Part shown: positions 31,075 through 41,250 of the stretch, piece by piece | Layout of the letters: each line of letters opens with the position of its first letter | How positions within the stretch are numbered: position 1 is the first letter of the stretch | Origin: Thecamonas trahens ATCC 50062 | Lineage: Eukaryota > Protista > Apusomonadida | Assembly (NCBI RefSeq): GCF_000142905.1 | Contig: NW_013657642.1 | Span: 66,135 to 130,134, forward strand | Direction: 5' to 3' | DNA length: 64,000 nucleotides | Notes under the pieces: generated by a model | The model's input: the letters and a program-made list of their open reading frames with translations, nothing else | Databases searched by the model: none | Told to the model about the DNA's origin: nothing | Program-made: the position numbers and the translations under genes

Positions 31075-34000
31075 ATGTCACATACACTCCTTCGCCACTC
31101 ATGTGCCCGTCTTTCCCTCGCACTCGTCGTCATTGTCGTCCTCGCTGCTGCTTTGCCTCTGGCCCATGGGCAGACGCCACCGCGGCCGCCGTCGACGGTG
31201 GTGGACGACCCGTCGCAGGGCTCATGGGCCCTAGATGGTACAGCCATTGGATATGTGTTAATGCCGGATGATGGCGATGGCTCACCCAACATGCCTCTGC
31301 CCCGTTACGTCGGGTTGCCCATGAACAGCCTCGTCAACTCGGCGGCGTCGCTCTGGTCCACCGCCATCGCTGGCAGCGGTGGCGCACTCCTCACTGTCGT
31401 CAGACAGCAGTCAGGCACCGATATCAACGCCATCGTGATGCAGGCCGGTGCGATCGATTCTTTGGAGCATCCGCTCACTCAGTTTGCCAAGGACATGGCA
31501 ACCACCGTCGATCCCTGCACCTCCTCCACGGCGCCGCCCGAGCAATACGCCTCGGTCTTCCTCGCCCAGGCCAACCGGAACAACTCGGTGATGGTTCCGG
31601 CCGCAGGCGACATACTCGCTTTTGGCTACGTTGTTGATGGCACAACTGCTCGCGTGGCACTGGCGTACGGCGAAGATCTCATCGAGTACAGCCCGACTGC
31701 GCCGCCAGTCTGCGGCATCAATAGGCCGTCGTGGGATGCATCGGACACCGTGCCGCCGCCACCGGCGCCGCCACTTGACATTGCAGCAGTCGTCCGCGAT
31801 CCGGCCCGGGGCAGCGCCGGCTGGTTCGTCTTTTCATCGCATGGCATGACCTACTGCGAGACGAGGACGCCCTGTACCCTGGTCACCTCCTCCATGCTCC
31901 CGGCCAGCGTGACCGGCTCGGTCCGGCTCTTAGATGCGACCATCGTCATGGCACCGGGCACTTTGAAGCGGCTGGCTGTCCTTCTGCTGGCGATAGAAGA
32001 TCCCAGTTCTTCGCCGAGGAGAATTACAACCGATGCCTTTGTCTGCACTGGCATCGAGCCCTTCACCGCTGCCAGTGTGACTTGCGCCGCTGCGGGGCTG
32101 GACCTTACCCTCCAAGTCGACCCACACTTGACCACTCTCCCGTCGGGCGACGTCATCCTTCTCCACCGCGACGAGTTTGGTCCAGGATTCATCTCGCTCT
32201 TTCTCGTTCATATCTCGTCCACAAGCGACCACAGCCAGCCGTCGACATTCACCCGGCGCATCGATGCCTTTCCATGGTTCGAGGGCTACGACGAGGGCAC
32301 TGATTCCGCTTTTCGGCTGCTCTACGATGGCCTACGCGACCGGCTGGTCCTCATCTACTTTGTCCAACCGGGCATCAACGGTCTTCCGCCAAGCGACTCA
32401 ATTGTGGTCCAGGACTGCTCATTTGCGCGCTCGCTTGACGTCTTCAACTGCCTAGTTTCAATCTTCGAGATTCCGTCCCACGGGCACGAGGGTGCGGTCT
32501 CGCGCGCGTTTGAGGCCGAGATCCGCGCCGACAGCACCGGGCGCTCACTCCTCACCATCTATGTTGCCGGTTACCTGGATGCAAACCCGCCGGCGACGCC
32601 GTACACCGAGAGCGGACTGTATGCGCTCAACTACAACCTCGAGTTTGGGTGTCGCGAAGGTTTTCTGCCAGGTTCGTCACCGGCCTGCCTCGGTTGCGGG
32701 CCGGGCAACTCATCGGTGGTGGTCGGGAGCGAGCTGGTGTGCAGCCCTTGCGATCAAGGCACCTTTGCGCGTCGAATCGGAACGCCTCAGTGCGCGACGT
32801 GCGACCCGAATGCGTTTACACTCGGGCCTGGCTCAGAGTTCTGCCTCTCGCAACCGGGTTTTGTGCCGTCGAGTCGCAATCCAGACTTTATGCTGCGGTG
32901 CGCGTCGCTCCGGGCGTGTCCGGGCAACAACGTGTGCGGGACCGGATACGAGGGCGAGGCGTGCTCGCAGTGCGCCAAGGGCTACTATCGCAAGTCCGGC
33001 GAGTGCGAGGGCTGCCCCAGCAGCGGAACGCAAGCGTTCAAGCTCCTTTTGCTGGTAATCTTTGTCCTTGTTATGGTCGCAGTCCTTGTTAGCTTTGCGT
33101 ACATCGACATTAAGCTTGATCTCAAGGGTCAAGCGCGCCTGATGTTTGCACGGCTGCGATCGCACCTGACGCTTGGCGCGGTGTTCCTCGCATACGCGCA
33201 GCTGGTGGCTATTCTCCGCAGCCTCGACGTCCGGTGGTCGTCGGCCAACCTGCTCCTCTTTGACCTGCTGGGCATTGCCAACTTTAACCTTGATCTCATG
33301 GCGGCAGAGTGCTCGTCGGATGCCTTTGACTACACCACCAAGTGGATGCTGGGTGTGGCTGGGCGGCTGTCGCTCATCGGCATGCTGTGGGTGGCGTACG
33401 GCGCGACCCGGCTGGCGCGGACCCGGACAATGGCGGTGACGAGCACGCTCTTTATGTACGCTGGCCTGCTCGCACGAACGCTGGAAATCTTCGACTGCAC
33501 TCGGCAGCTCGATGGATCGTACCACCTCGATGCCGAACCGTCGCGGGTCTGCTTCTCCGGAGGGTGGTGGGTAGCGATGGCGCTGGTGGCCCTGGTTGTG
33601 GCCGTCGGGTTTGGTCTCGGTGTCCCGGTCGCGATCTTCTGGTTCCGCAAGACGTCTGCTTTTGACGAGCTTGGCCTGTACAAGTTCCACCGGCGGTTTG
33701 CGGTGTGGGAGGTAGTCATCACCGCGCGCAAGTTCACCTTTGTCGGGGCCATTATGTTTTTCTCCTCGCGGCCGATGGTGGCGGCAGTGCTGGCACTCAC
33801 AGTAGTCCTCGTCTCGCTCGTGGCGCAGTTGTGGAAGCGGCCATTCATGTACAAGCAGCACAACGTGCTGGAGTCAATCCTGCTTTGCGTGGCGGCGGTG
33901 ATCCTCATCGGTGTCATGTTCCTTGCTCGTGGCGGGAGGAGCATCTCTGATGGCCAATGGATGGCCATCCAGGTGCTTGTCGGCCTCTGCTTTGCCTTTG

Positions 34001-34191
34001 CGCTCCTCGCCACCATCACCACCCTCATCTGGTCGCTCACTTCTCTCGAGGTCCTTGATGTGGAAGAGGACAACGCCCTCCACGCCATCGAAAATGCCGA
34101 GGAGATCGAGCTCGACTCGGCAGCGCTCGCCGTCTGCCCCGGTCCCGCCACCGACGTTCCCCCCCGGCCGACAACAGCAGCACTACCTTGA
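31075..34191 (+). CDS. Cell-surface receptor-like protein: signal peptide, large ectodomain, Cys-rich CxxCxxG repeats, C-terminal multi-pass TM domain
   Basis: LSLALVVIVVLAAALPLAHG; CSPCDQGTF, CGTGYEGEACSQCAKGYY; about 8-9 TM helices with IFDCT...LDAEPSRVC and WEVVITARK...KRPF. Confidence 0.8.
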   Translation: MSHTLLRHSCARLSLALVVIVVLAAALPLAHGQTPPRPPSTVVDDPSQGSWALDGTAIGYVLMPDDGDGSPNMPLPRYVGLPMNSLVNSAASLWSTAIAGSGGALLTVVRQQSGTDINAIVMQAGAIDSLEHPLTQFAKDMATTVDPCTSSTAPPEQYASVFLAQANRNNSVMVPAAGDILAFGYVVDGTTARVALAYGEDLIEYSPTAPPVCGINRPSWDASDTVPPPPAPPLDIAAVVRDPARGSAGWFVFSSHGMTYCETRTPCTLVTSSMLPASVTGSVRLLDATIVMAPGTLKRLAVLLLAIEDPSSSPRRITTDAFVCTGIEPFTAASVTCAAAGLDLTLQVDPHLTTLPSGDVILLHRDEFGPGFISLFLVHISSTSDHSQPSTFTRRIDAFPWFEGYDEGTDSAFRLLYDGLRDRLVLIYFVQPGINGLPPSDSIVVQDCSFARSLDVFNCLVSIFEIPSHGHEGAVSRAFEAEIRADSTGRSLLTIYVAGYLDANPPATPYTESGLYALNYNLEFGCREGFLPGSSPACLGCGPGNSSVVVGSELVCSPCDQGTFARRIGTPQCATCDPNAFTLGPGSEFCLSQPGFVPSSRNPDFMLRCASLRACPGNNVCGTGYEGEACSQCAKGYYRKSGECEGCPSSGTQAFKLLLLVIFVLVMVAVLVSFAYIDIKLDLKGQARLMFARLRSHLTLGAVFLAYAQLVAILRSLDVRWSSANLLLFDLLGIANFNLDLMAAECSSDAFDYTTKWMLGVAGRLSLIGMLWVAYGATRLARTRTMAVTSTLFMYAGLLARTLEIFDCTRQLDGSYHLDAEPSRVCFSGGWWVAMALVALVVAVGFGLGVPVAIFWFRKTSAFDELGLYKFHRRFAVWEVVITARKFTFVGAIMFFSSRPMVAAVLALTVVLVSLVAQLWKRPFMYKQHNVLESILLCVAAVILIGVMFLARGGRSISDGQWMAIQVLVGLCFAFALLATITTLIWSLTSLEVLDVEEDNALHAIENAEEIELDSAALAVCPGPATDVPPRPTTAALP

Positions 34192-34773
34192 GCTAAACTG
34201 TGATCCACATACTTGTCGCCAGCCGCGCCTCCGGTTCATTATGGCGGACAGCCTCGCTCGAGCTTATCCACACACGATCGTCGAGCGGTTCCCGATGGAC
34301 GCCAACGACCACGAGACGGCGACAAAGGATTTGATCGCTCGCACGACAAAGGCGCTAGGTAGCGCTGATCTGAACGAGCGATGAAAGTGGGCCGGCCCGG
34401 TGGAGGCCAACCCGTCGGGATGTGTGCTCAAGCTCGTGAGGACAGCGATGGGCGAGCCGTACCACGTAGTCTAGCCCCGCCCGTCCGAACAAGCACCCGA
34501 TCGCCTCCACATCAAGCCGCAATGCGAGCGGGAGGAGCGGTCGAGCAGGCGAGCGAGTGCGAGCCAATTCGGCCAAGCCAATTCCTTCGCGCCAAGCGCA
34601 TCAACTTTTGGACGAAACGGCGAGCGGGAAGAGGCAGCAGACAGCAGAGCAGTGGACCACCCCACGCCAGCCACTGCCACTGCCAGCGATAGCCAGACAG
34701 CCAGACAGCCAGACAGCCAGGAAGCCAACTACATACACGGCCCACTTGCTTGTGGGTAGTCCCTCTCTGCTGC

Positions 34774-37700
34774 ATGTCGTACTACTCCCCGGCACACAGG
34801 GTGGCTCTCCCGCCGGCACGGACACAGGCGGCGGTCTCCCCACCGGCGGCGCCTGACCACCCGCGGTCGCTCAAGCTCGGCGACGAGGTGCTCTGGCAGG
34901 GCGCGCGGGGCTACATCCGGTTCATTGGAAAGACCCTGTTTGGAGCTGGGGTGTATCTGGGTCTGGAGCTGGTCGAGCCGAGGGGCATGTGCAACGGGTC
35001 GTGGGCCGGCAAGACGTACTTCAAGACCCGCCCCGATTGCGCCGTCTTTGTCCGCAAGGGCGACGTCGAGCTCACCTACGATCCGAAGCGCTCCTTCCGC
35101 CGCAGGACGCTCCGGCAGGCGCAGGAGTTTGAGAAGAGCCTGCGGGCAGAAACGGAGCTGGTTGTCGGTGCACGGGTCATTGTTGCCCACCGCATCGGCA
35201 CGCTCGAGTACATCGGCACGCTCAAGGGCGCGCCCGAGTCAGAGACCTGGTATGGCATCCGCCTCGATTTTCGCGTCGCCGACATCCTCTCGGTCTGCTC
35301 CACAGACGCCAACCTGTACCGTACAGTCGGCCCGGCCGACGGCTCGATCATGGGTGAGCAGTACTTTAGCTGCGAGGTCGGCCACGCGCTTTTTGCCCGC
35401 CGCGACGCCATCACCCTCGCCACCCGCGAAGCGCTCATGAAGCACTACTCGGAAAAGGCCGAGCGCAACACCCGTCAGCCGCACCACATTGTCGGCTCGC
35501 CCAAGTCGACGCCGCGGTCGCGGCCGCAAACCGCGCCGCCGTCGGCGTCCAAGCAGGCGAGCCCGATTGCGCCGCCCGCGCCGCGCGAGGTCGACTCGCG
35601 CCCGCCGATGGTCCGCGCTCTCGCGCGCCGCAAGGCCAAGAAGGCGTACTACTCGTCGATGATTGGCAAGCACGTGGTTGCCAACGGCCGCCGCGGCACC
35701 ATCCGCTTTATGGGCAAGACTCACTTTGCGCCGGGCGTGTGGGTCGGCCTCGAGCTCGACACGCGCGACGGCATGCACGACGGCACCTTTCAGGGCCGCA
35801 CCTACTTTGAGTGCCCTTCCGAGCGCGGTATCTTTGTCCGCGAGTCTGCGCTTTCGCTCCCCAAGCCGGCGACGGACATGGTTGTGGATGGCGAGACGCC
35901 GCCGACGTCGCGGCCGACGACCTCGGCGGGCTCGTCGTCGCGCTCGCTCCGTCTCCCACTGTTGGCTACCTCGTCGCTTGCGGTGGCGCGGGCTGACACT
36001 GCGCTCTCGCCGTCATACTGCCCGAGCGGCCTTCCCAACGCGGCGACCGCGGCGACGCCGGCAGCCACATTTGTGGCCGAAGAAGTGGTGGCCTGGCCGA
36101 GCGAGCTTCGCGAGGCCAGCACCGACCTCGCCTCGCTGGCCAGCGGCCTTGTTGGCGTCGCACGCACCATAGCAGCGCCGCTTGCGCCAACCCAGCGCTC
36201 GCTTGCCTGGGTCGTCTTTTGCTGGGTCTCCCGCAATATTGCCTTTGACGAAGACGGTTTTCTGTCGAGTGATCCCGGCGGGCTGGAGGCGTCGCCGTCG
36301 GCGGCGGCGATGCAGGCCGCGGCGAACTCGGCGCTCTCAAGCCGCAAGGCAACGTCGCTCGGCCTCGCCTCGCTAGTGGCACTGCTTCTCGGCGCGGCGC
36401 CCAAGGAGCTGCGGCCGGCGGTAGGGCTCAACTTTGGCTTTGCAAAGCAGTACGGATTTGAGGCCGGTGCGTCGTTTGAGGACACCGCGCCCGACCACTA
36501 TTGGCTGAGTATGGCGCTGAGCGACGAAGACAGGGGAGTTCTGTCGATGGATCCGACGTGGGCGGCAGCGGCGCGGACCGGGCTCAAGCCTGCGGCGCAG
36601 TCGCCGCCTGCGGCGCTGTTCTACTTTGACATGCCGCCGCGAGCGGTGGCAGCCTCGCACTATGCACTCGCCGGTCCGCAGGTTGCGGACAAGGAGCGCA
36701 ACGTGCGTGCGCTGGACGAGTTTGATGCCGCACTCTGCGCCACGCCGCTGTTGTGGCTGTACGGACTGGATCCGCCACGACAGCAGGGCTGCGTCCTCCG
36801 GCCGGCCGAGACGCTGTTCTCGTTTGATCTCCGGTTCGACGCAGCGTCGGGCCTTTCGGGCTTTGACATTGCGCTGGCGGGGCGGCTGCGGCTAGCGGGT
36901 GCGTACCGGATGATGGCACTCGGCGACTCGTTTGCCGAGGCCTTTGCCGACTCGTCGTGGGTCCTTGTCCAGTCGGCGAGCCACGACCTGTGGACGGTCC
37001 AGGTGCGGCTGCCGTCGCTAGATCGTGAGTACATGCTTGAGCTGTACGGACGCGACTTGGCCGGACGCGAGGCAGCGCCGCGCAACGCCGCGCTTCCGGA
37101 CGACGCCACGCGTGTGCTGCAATACCGGATCCAGCCGACACGGCCTGTCCCGCCGATGCTGGGCGCATCGTCGTCAGCGTCGCTCCTGGGCTCGGCGCGG
37201 AGCCTGGCACGGGCACCGGCACGTGTCCGCGAGCTCACGCCGGCGTTCTGTGGCTTCCCCAAGCTAGCACTGACCCGGCTTGCGCCGGGATGTGTCCTCT
37301 ACTCGCCGCTCGCCGAGTATCTCGAGCTCGGAGCGGCGGTCACGTTCTCGATCCGGCTTCCGTACGCCGCCAAGATGGAGCTGCTGGGCAAGGGTTTCGT
37401 CCACGTTCTCCGGCGGTCGCTCAAGCACTCGAATGACATTGCGACGAGCGGGCCGAAGCAGCTGTCGGCGCTAGAGCGCGCGTCCCGGCCGAGCCCGCCG
37501 TCTTCCCGCGGACCAGCTACGCCTGCACGGAGAAAAGGGCGGCGGAGCCGGAGCCTGCTGGCGTCCCAAATCTCGCCGGTGCGGCGGCACGGCCGGCTCG
37601 ACACGCCGTCCAAGTTCATGGTGCTTCCGCCGGCTGTCCTCGGCGCGTCGATCGAGCAGGGCGAGCTTCCGGACGAGGCCCACGCCATGTTCACCGGCAA

Positions 37701-37800
37701 GTTCACCCTCTCTGCGCCCGGCATGGTCACCCTTGTTGCCACCAACCTCCTCGGCAAGCGCGTCACCGTCTTCCGCTTCAAGGTCACGCAATCGTCGTAG
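34774..37800 (+). CDS. Three CAP-Gly domains plus KY/CYK3-type transglutaminase-like domain (catalytic Cys replaced) and Ig-like C-terminus
   Basis: GYIRFIGKTLFGAGVYLGLEL...CNGS..GKTYF; GTLEYIG...WYGIRLD...DGSIMGEQYF; GTIRFMGKTHFAPGVWVGLELD..DGMHDG..QGRTYF; VFCWVSRNIAFD...ATSLGLASL...DHYW...MDPTW. Confidence 0.85.
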   Translation: MSYYSPAHRVALPPARTQAAVSPPAAPDHPRSLKLGDEVLWQGARGYIRFIGKTLFGAGVYLGLELVEPRGMCNGSWAGKTYFKTRPDCAVFVRKGDVELTYDPKRSFRRRTLRQAQEFEKSLRAETELVVGARVIVAHRIGTLEYIGTLKGAPESETWYGIRLDFRVADILSVCSTDANLYRTVGPADGSIMGEQYFSCEVGHALFARRDAITLATREALMKHYSEKAERNTRQPHHIVGSPKSTPRSRPQTAPPSASKQASPIAPPAPREVDSRPPMVRALARRKAKKAYYSSMIGKHVVANGRRGTIRFMGKTHFAPGVWVGLELDTRDGMHDGTFQGRTYFECPSERGIFVRESALSLPKPATDMVVDGETPPTSRPTTSAGSSSRSLRLPLLATSSLAVARADTALSPSYCPSGLPNAATAATPAATFVAEEVVAWPSELREASTDLASLASGLVGVARTIAAPLAPTQRSLAWVVFCWVSRNIAFDEDGFLSSDPGGLEASPSAAAMQAAANSALSSRKATSLGLASLVALLLGAAPKELRPAVGLNFGFAKQYGFEAGASFEDTAPDHYWLSMALSDEDRGVLSMDPTWAAAARTGLKPAAQSPPAALFYFDMPPRAVAASHYALAGPQVADKERNVRALDEFDAALCATPLLWLYGLDPPRQQGCVLRPAETLFSFDLRFDAASGLSGFDIALAGRLRLAGAYRMMALGDSFAEAFADSSWVLVQSASHDLWTVQVRLPSLDREYMLELYGRDLAGREAAPRNAALPDDATRVLQYRIQPTRPVPPMLGASSSASLLGSARSLARAPARVRELTPAFCGFPKLALTRLAPGCVLYSPLAEYLELGAAVTFSIRLPYAAKMELLGKGFVHVLRRSLKHSNDIATSGPKQLSALERASRPSPPSSRGPATPARRKGRRSRSLLASQISPVRRHGRLDTPSKFMVLPPAVLGASIEQGELPDEAHAMFTGKFTLSAPGMVTLVATNLLGKRVTVFRFKVTQSS

Positions 37801-38284
37801 CCAGCCTACCTCATGGCCAGCTCTAAACCCGAGCGGGGCTGCGGCGCAGAGCCATAGCCATGACCATGACCACAGCCACCACACCACTTGGCCCGAGTGG
37901 GCCGAGTTGGTACATCTGCCTCGGTCATGGCAAGGTCAGAGCCGACGAATGCTCTCCTGGACCACCTGTGCTCGCTACGTCCTCATCCCCCCCGTCCGCG
38001 AGACTGGAGGGCTCGGATCGCTCACGATTGCCCGCGACTCGGATGCCGAAGACACGCGGACAATCGGATCTCTCGTCGCCATTCCGCTCACCACTAGCGA
38101 GTGGAATGCCAAGCGAACGAGCGGCTTTGCCGCCCTCGTTCCGCTTCTCGACTCGGGCGCCATCCCCGCCGTTGCCGACGTCGGCCGCCCCAGCGCCATC
38201 CGTGGGCCCAGCACCGATGCAAGTGAGGGAGGAGACGGAGAAGAGTAGATCGCTTGGGGAACAGTTTAACACACACCCGCCCGC

Positions 38285-38736
38285 CTACGACGACGTGCTC
38301 GTAGTCGGAGCCTCTGCTGCTGCTGCCTTTGCGGCATCGGACGCCGCGTACTTTTCCAGCACCGCCGCCACGTCTGCGCCCATCCGTTCCCAAAACCAGC
38401 ATCACTGTGAGTTCCACAGCCACTACATATCATGACCATCATCCGACTGAGACGACCGATACCACCGATACCACCGATACCACCGATACCAACGATGCGA
38501 GCACGCGCCCATCATGATCACCCCGCCCACCCCACGAGATGTATGATCACTCCTTCGACAAACATGACTATTCCCTCCCGTCCACCATAATCATACTCAT
38601 CTCCTCCCCCCCCAACATGCTCATCACCCTCCTCCCCTCCTCCCCTTCCCCGCTCCTCCCCCCTCGATCCCTTGCCCTCTCCGACTGACGGAGCGATCCC
38701 ATCTCGCGACAGCCCCACACCGCCACAGCCACACAC

Positions 38737-38798
<62 letters not shown>

Positions 38799-39069
38799 TA
38801 CCGGGGTTGTCACGCTTGAGGTTGTACACGTAGTGAGGGTTACGGCGGTGCATCTTGCGCGGGCGCTTGGGCACCCGCGGGAGAACCTTACGGGTCTTGG
38901 TGGTGAGGCCCATAGCCGTGGCGGGCTCAAGCGCCTCAGCGCGCAGGGAGGCCCGGGTGGGGAAGACAGACCGCGGAAGGACCTTGAACAGGTTGTTGGC
39001 CGTCTGTGGCTTGCCCAGAGACGCAAGCGCCCGGATGACAAGCACGGTCCGTTGCGGGAGCGATGCCAT
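38285..39069 (-). CDS. Small basic hypothetical protein (about 118 aa); intron 38374-38801
   Basis: MASLPQRTVLV...YNLKRDNP|DVAAVLEKYAASDAAK...*; GTACG donor and CAG acceptor in matching phase. Confidence 0.65.
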
Positions 39070-39535
39070 CGGTTGGAGACGAGTGCTCCGCCGCCCAGTC
39101 CGTCTAGTCTGCCCAGTCCGCCCGCTGCCCGCCGCCCGCCGCTCGCCGCCCGCCGCCCGCCGCCACACTCATCTTGCCTGCTGCGCTACTCCGCCCCGCC
39201 CGCACCGATCACCGCCCACCATCCCGCGCGGCGGGGGGGGGGGGGGGGGGCAGGTTACATCCCACGGCAGTCAGTTGCGGCGGGCGGGGGGGGGGGGGAG
39301 GTCGGTCTCAACTACGCCACTCCTGCCCCTTGCATCGCATATTACTTCATCTCGGCGCAGGCATACTAGTGATGGCGCCGCGTCATCGCCGCCACAGCAC
39401 CCTGCCCCTTCCCTCCTCCTCGAGCATCCTCCTGCAGGCACAATATCGCAGTAGCCTTGAGTGCAGTCATCCCTTGCGCGCGCGCGCGCACGCTTGCCCA
39501 GATTAGATCGCTTGCTCCCGTGCTTGTGCTGCTCG

Positions 39536-40192
39536 TCAGCCGGACCACGCTGCGAGCTGCGCGAGGAAACCCGGGTTCGGCGCAGCGTGCGGTACGGCGG
39601 CGATGACGGTGGCGAGGCCAACCTCGCCGGACACGCCACGGAGACGAGCAATGAGTGCAGCAGCGAGAGTGGGCGAGCGCGAGACGGCCCGCTTGCAGTG
39701 GACCAAGACGCGATCGCCGCGTGCGAGGGCGTCGAGGACAAAGTCAAAGACACCCGCTGCAGCAGCATCCTCCAGCAGCGCCACATCTGGCTCGTCGGCC
39801 AAGGGCAGGTGGAGATAGCGGATTCCGAGTCCAGCATGGACAGGTCCTTGCGACGAGAGGCTGACAATGTGCGAGATGCGGAGCGATCGGAGCAGCGCGG
39901 CATCACGGGCATGCCGTGCCGTCCCCACCAGCAAGCCGTCAGCCACGCTCCACGGCCCAGGCCCGAGCCCAGCCCCAAGCCACTTCAATCCTTGACCTGC
40001 GCCCATGGCCGCCATGGCTGCATCGTCCTCGTCCTCGTCCCATCCCGGATCGAGCCCATCGTGGTCGGCAGCGGCGTCACCGCCGCCCGCATCGCTCCCC
40101 GCCCACCCGGGCCACATGCTTGCCAGCCATCGCACCCACGCGCCCGTCACCGCTCCCACGACGTCTGTGAGGGTAGCAACCATGGCAAGCAT
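39536..40192 (-). CDS. Atypical dual-specificity protein phosphatase
   Basis: GLLVGT...LLRSLRISHIV...YLHLPLADEP; RVLVHCKRAVSRSPTL; APNPGFLAQL. Confidence 0.9.
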   Translation of the reverse strand: MLAMVATLTDVVGAVTGAWVRWLASMWPGWAGSDAGGGDAAADHDGLDPGWDEDEDDAAMAAMGAGQGLKWLGAGLGPGPWSVADGLLVGTARHARDAALLRSLRISHIVSLSSQGPVHAGLGIRYLHLPLADEPDVALLEDAAAAGVFDFVLDALARGDRVLVHCKRAVSRSPTLAAALIARLRGVSGEVGLATVIAAVPHAAPNPGFLAQLAAWSG

Positions 40193-40347
40193 GGTGAGAG
40201 TCTGCCCCGAGGCGTCGGCGACCCGTCGCAGCGAGTCGGGTGCAGGGAAGGTTGGACAGGTCGGGCCGGGCTAAAGCCGCAACGTGAATCGGCCGCACAC
40301 AGAGACACGCCACAGACCGCCAGCGCTACGGGCTCGCTCTCATTCAT

Positions 40348-41250
40348 TCATGATGACGACGATGACGACGACTCGCTCGTGTCCGATGTACTCGAAGGGT
40401 CGTTGGAATGGCTACTGCTGCTGCTGCTGCTGCTACTGGAACTACTGCTGGCAGAGCGATCATCCACAACACCGGCAGCGGCCATGACCGCAGCGGGGTA
40501 GCCGTGGATGAGGCCGTCGAAGGCGAGGTGGGCAACGTCGGCGGCCGCAGCGGCGACCGGATCGAGCTCGGCACCCTCGAGGGCAAAGGTGGCCCACTGG
40601 AGCGGGTCGCTCGTGGCGGTGGGAGGCGAGAGACCGAGGAGCGCGGCCAGCGCCGGATCGGGGCCGAGGGCAAGCGCCGCACGGCCGACCTTGCGGACAC
40701 CGTCGACGGTCGGCTCGCCCTGGATGCGGTTCTTGGAGATGCGGACCCACGGCGAGGCGTCGAGGTCGAGGCTGGCGAGCAGGTCAAGCAGGACTGCACG
40801 AGCAGGCTCCTTCTTGGGCAAGCGTTTGCGGATGCGCTTGGCGAGTGCGTTGGGCGAGCCAGCTTTGCCGAGTTTGAACGGGCCGAGCTTGAACTTCTCC
40901 CACAGCTCGGCACCCGAGACCTCGTCGCGCTCGCGGCGGATCTTGAGCTCGAGCTCCAGCTTGTATCCGCGTGCTTTGGTCAACTTCTTGCGCTTTACCG
41001 ACTCGCCGGCGGCGAGTTTGCGCAACGTCTTGCTCACTTTGCGGGCGCGCTTGCGAGCACGCTTCGAGCCAGCCTCGACGTCTACGCCCCGGAGCTTGAG
41101 CCCAAGCATCGCGCCGAGCGGCAGATACCAGTCCGAGCGCGACTCAGCGTCGACGCTCCACTGGACTTCAAACGGCCACCCGGTGACCGGCGGCGCACCG
41201 CCGGGCACAAACGCGCGCCACTCCCATGCAGACTTGGTCTTTGGTGCCAT
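40348..41250 (-). CDS. CYTH-like (triphosphate tunnel) domain protein, tentative
   Basis: WEWRAF, ESRSDWYL, GLKLRG, LELKIR, ELWEKF, WVRISKNR, WATFALEG; start uncertain (41250 or 41283). Confidence 0.55.
   Translation of the reverse strand: MAPKTKSAWEWRAFVPGGAPPVTGWPFEVQWSVDAESRSDWYLPLGAMLGLKLRGVDVEAGSKRARKRARKVSKTLRKLAAGESVKRKKLTKARGYKLELELKIRRERDEVSGAELWEKFKLGPFKLGKAGSPNALAKRIRKRLPKKEPARAVLLDLLASLDLDASPWVRISKNRIQGEPTVDGVRKVGRAALALGPDPALAALLGLSPPTATSDPLQWATFALEGAELDPVAAAAADVAHLAFDGLIHGYPAAVMAAAGVVDDRSASSSSSSSSSSSSSHSNDPSSTSDTSESSSSSSS

Noticed and set aside
34241-34384. 47-aa small ORF MADSLARAYP...
   Set aside because: Could be an upstream exon of the CAP-Gly gene or noise; no motif and no clear splice partner
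37733-38248. 171-aa ORF downstream of the CAP-Gly gene
   Set aside because: Non-ATG start, overlaps the upstream CDS, no recognisable domain
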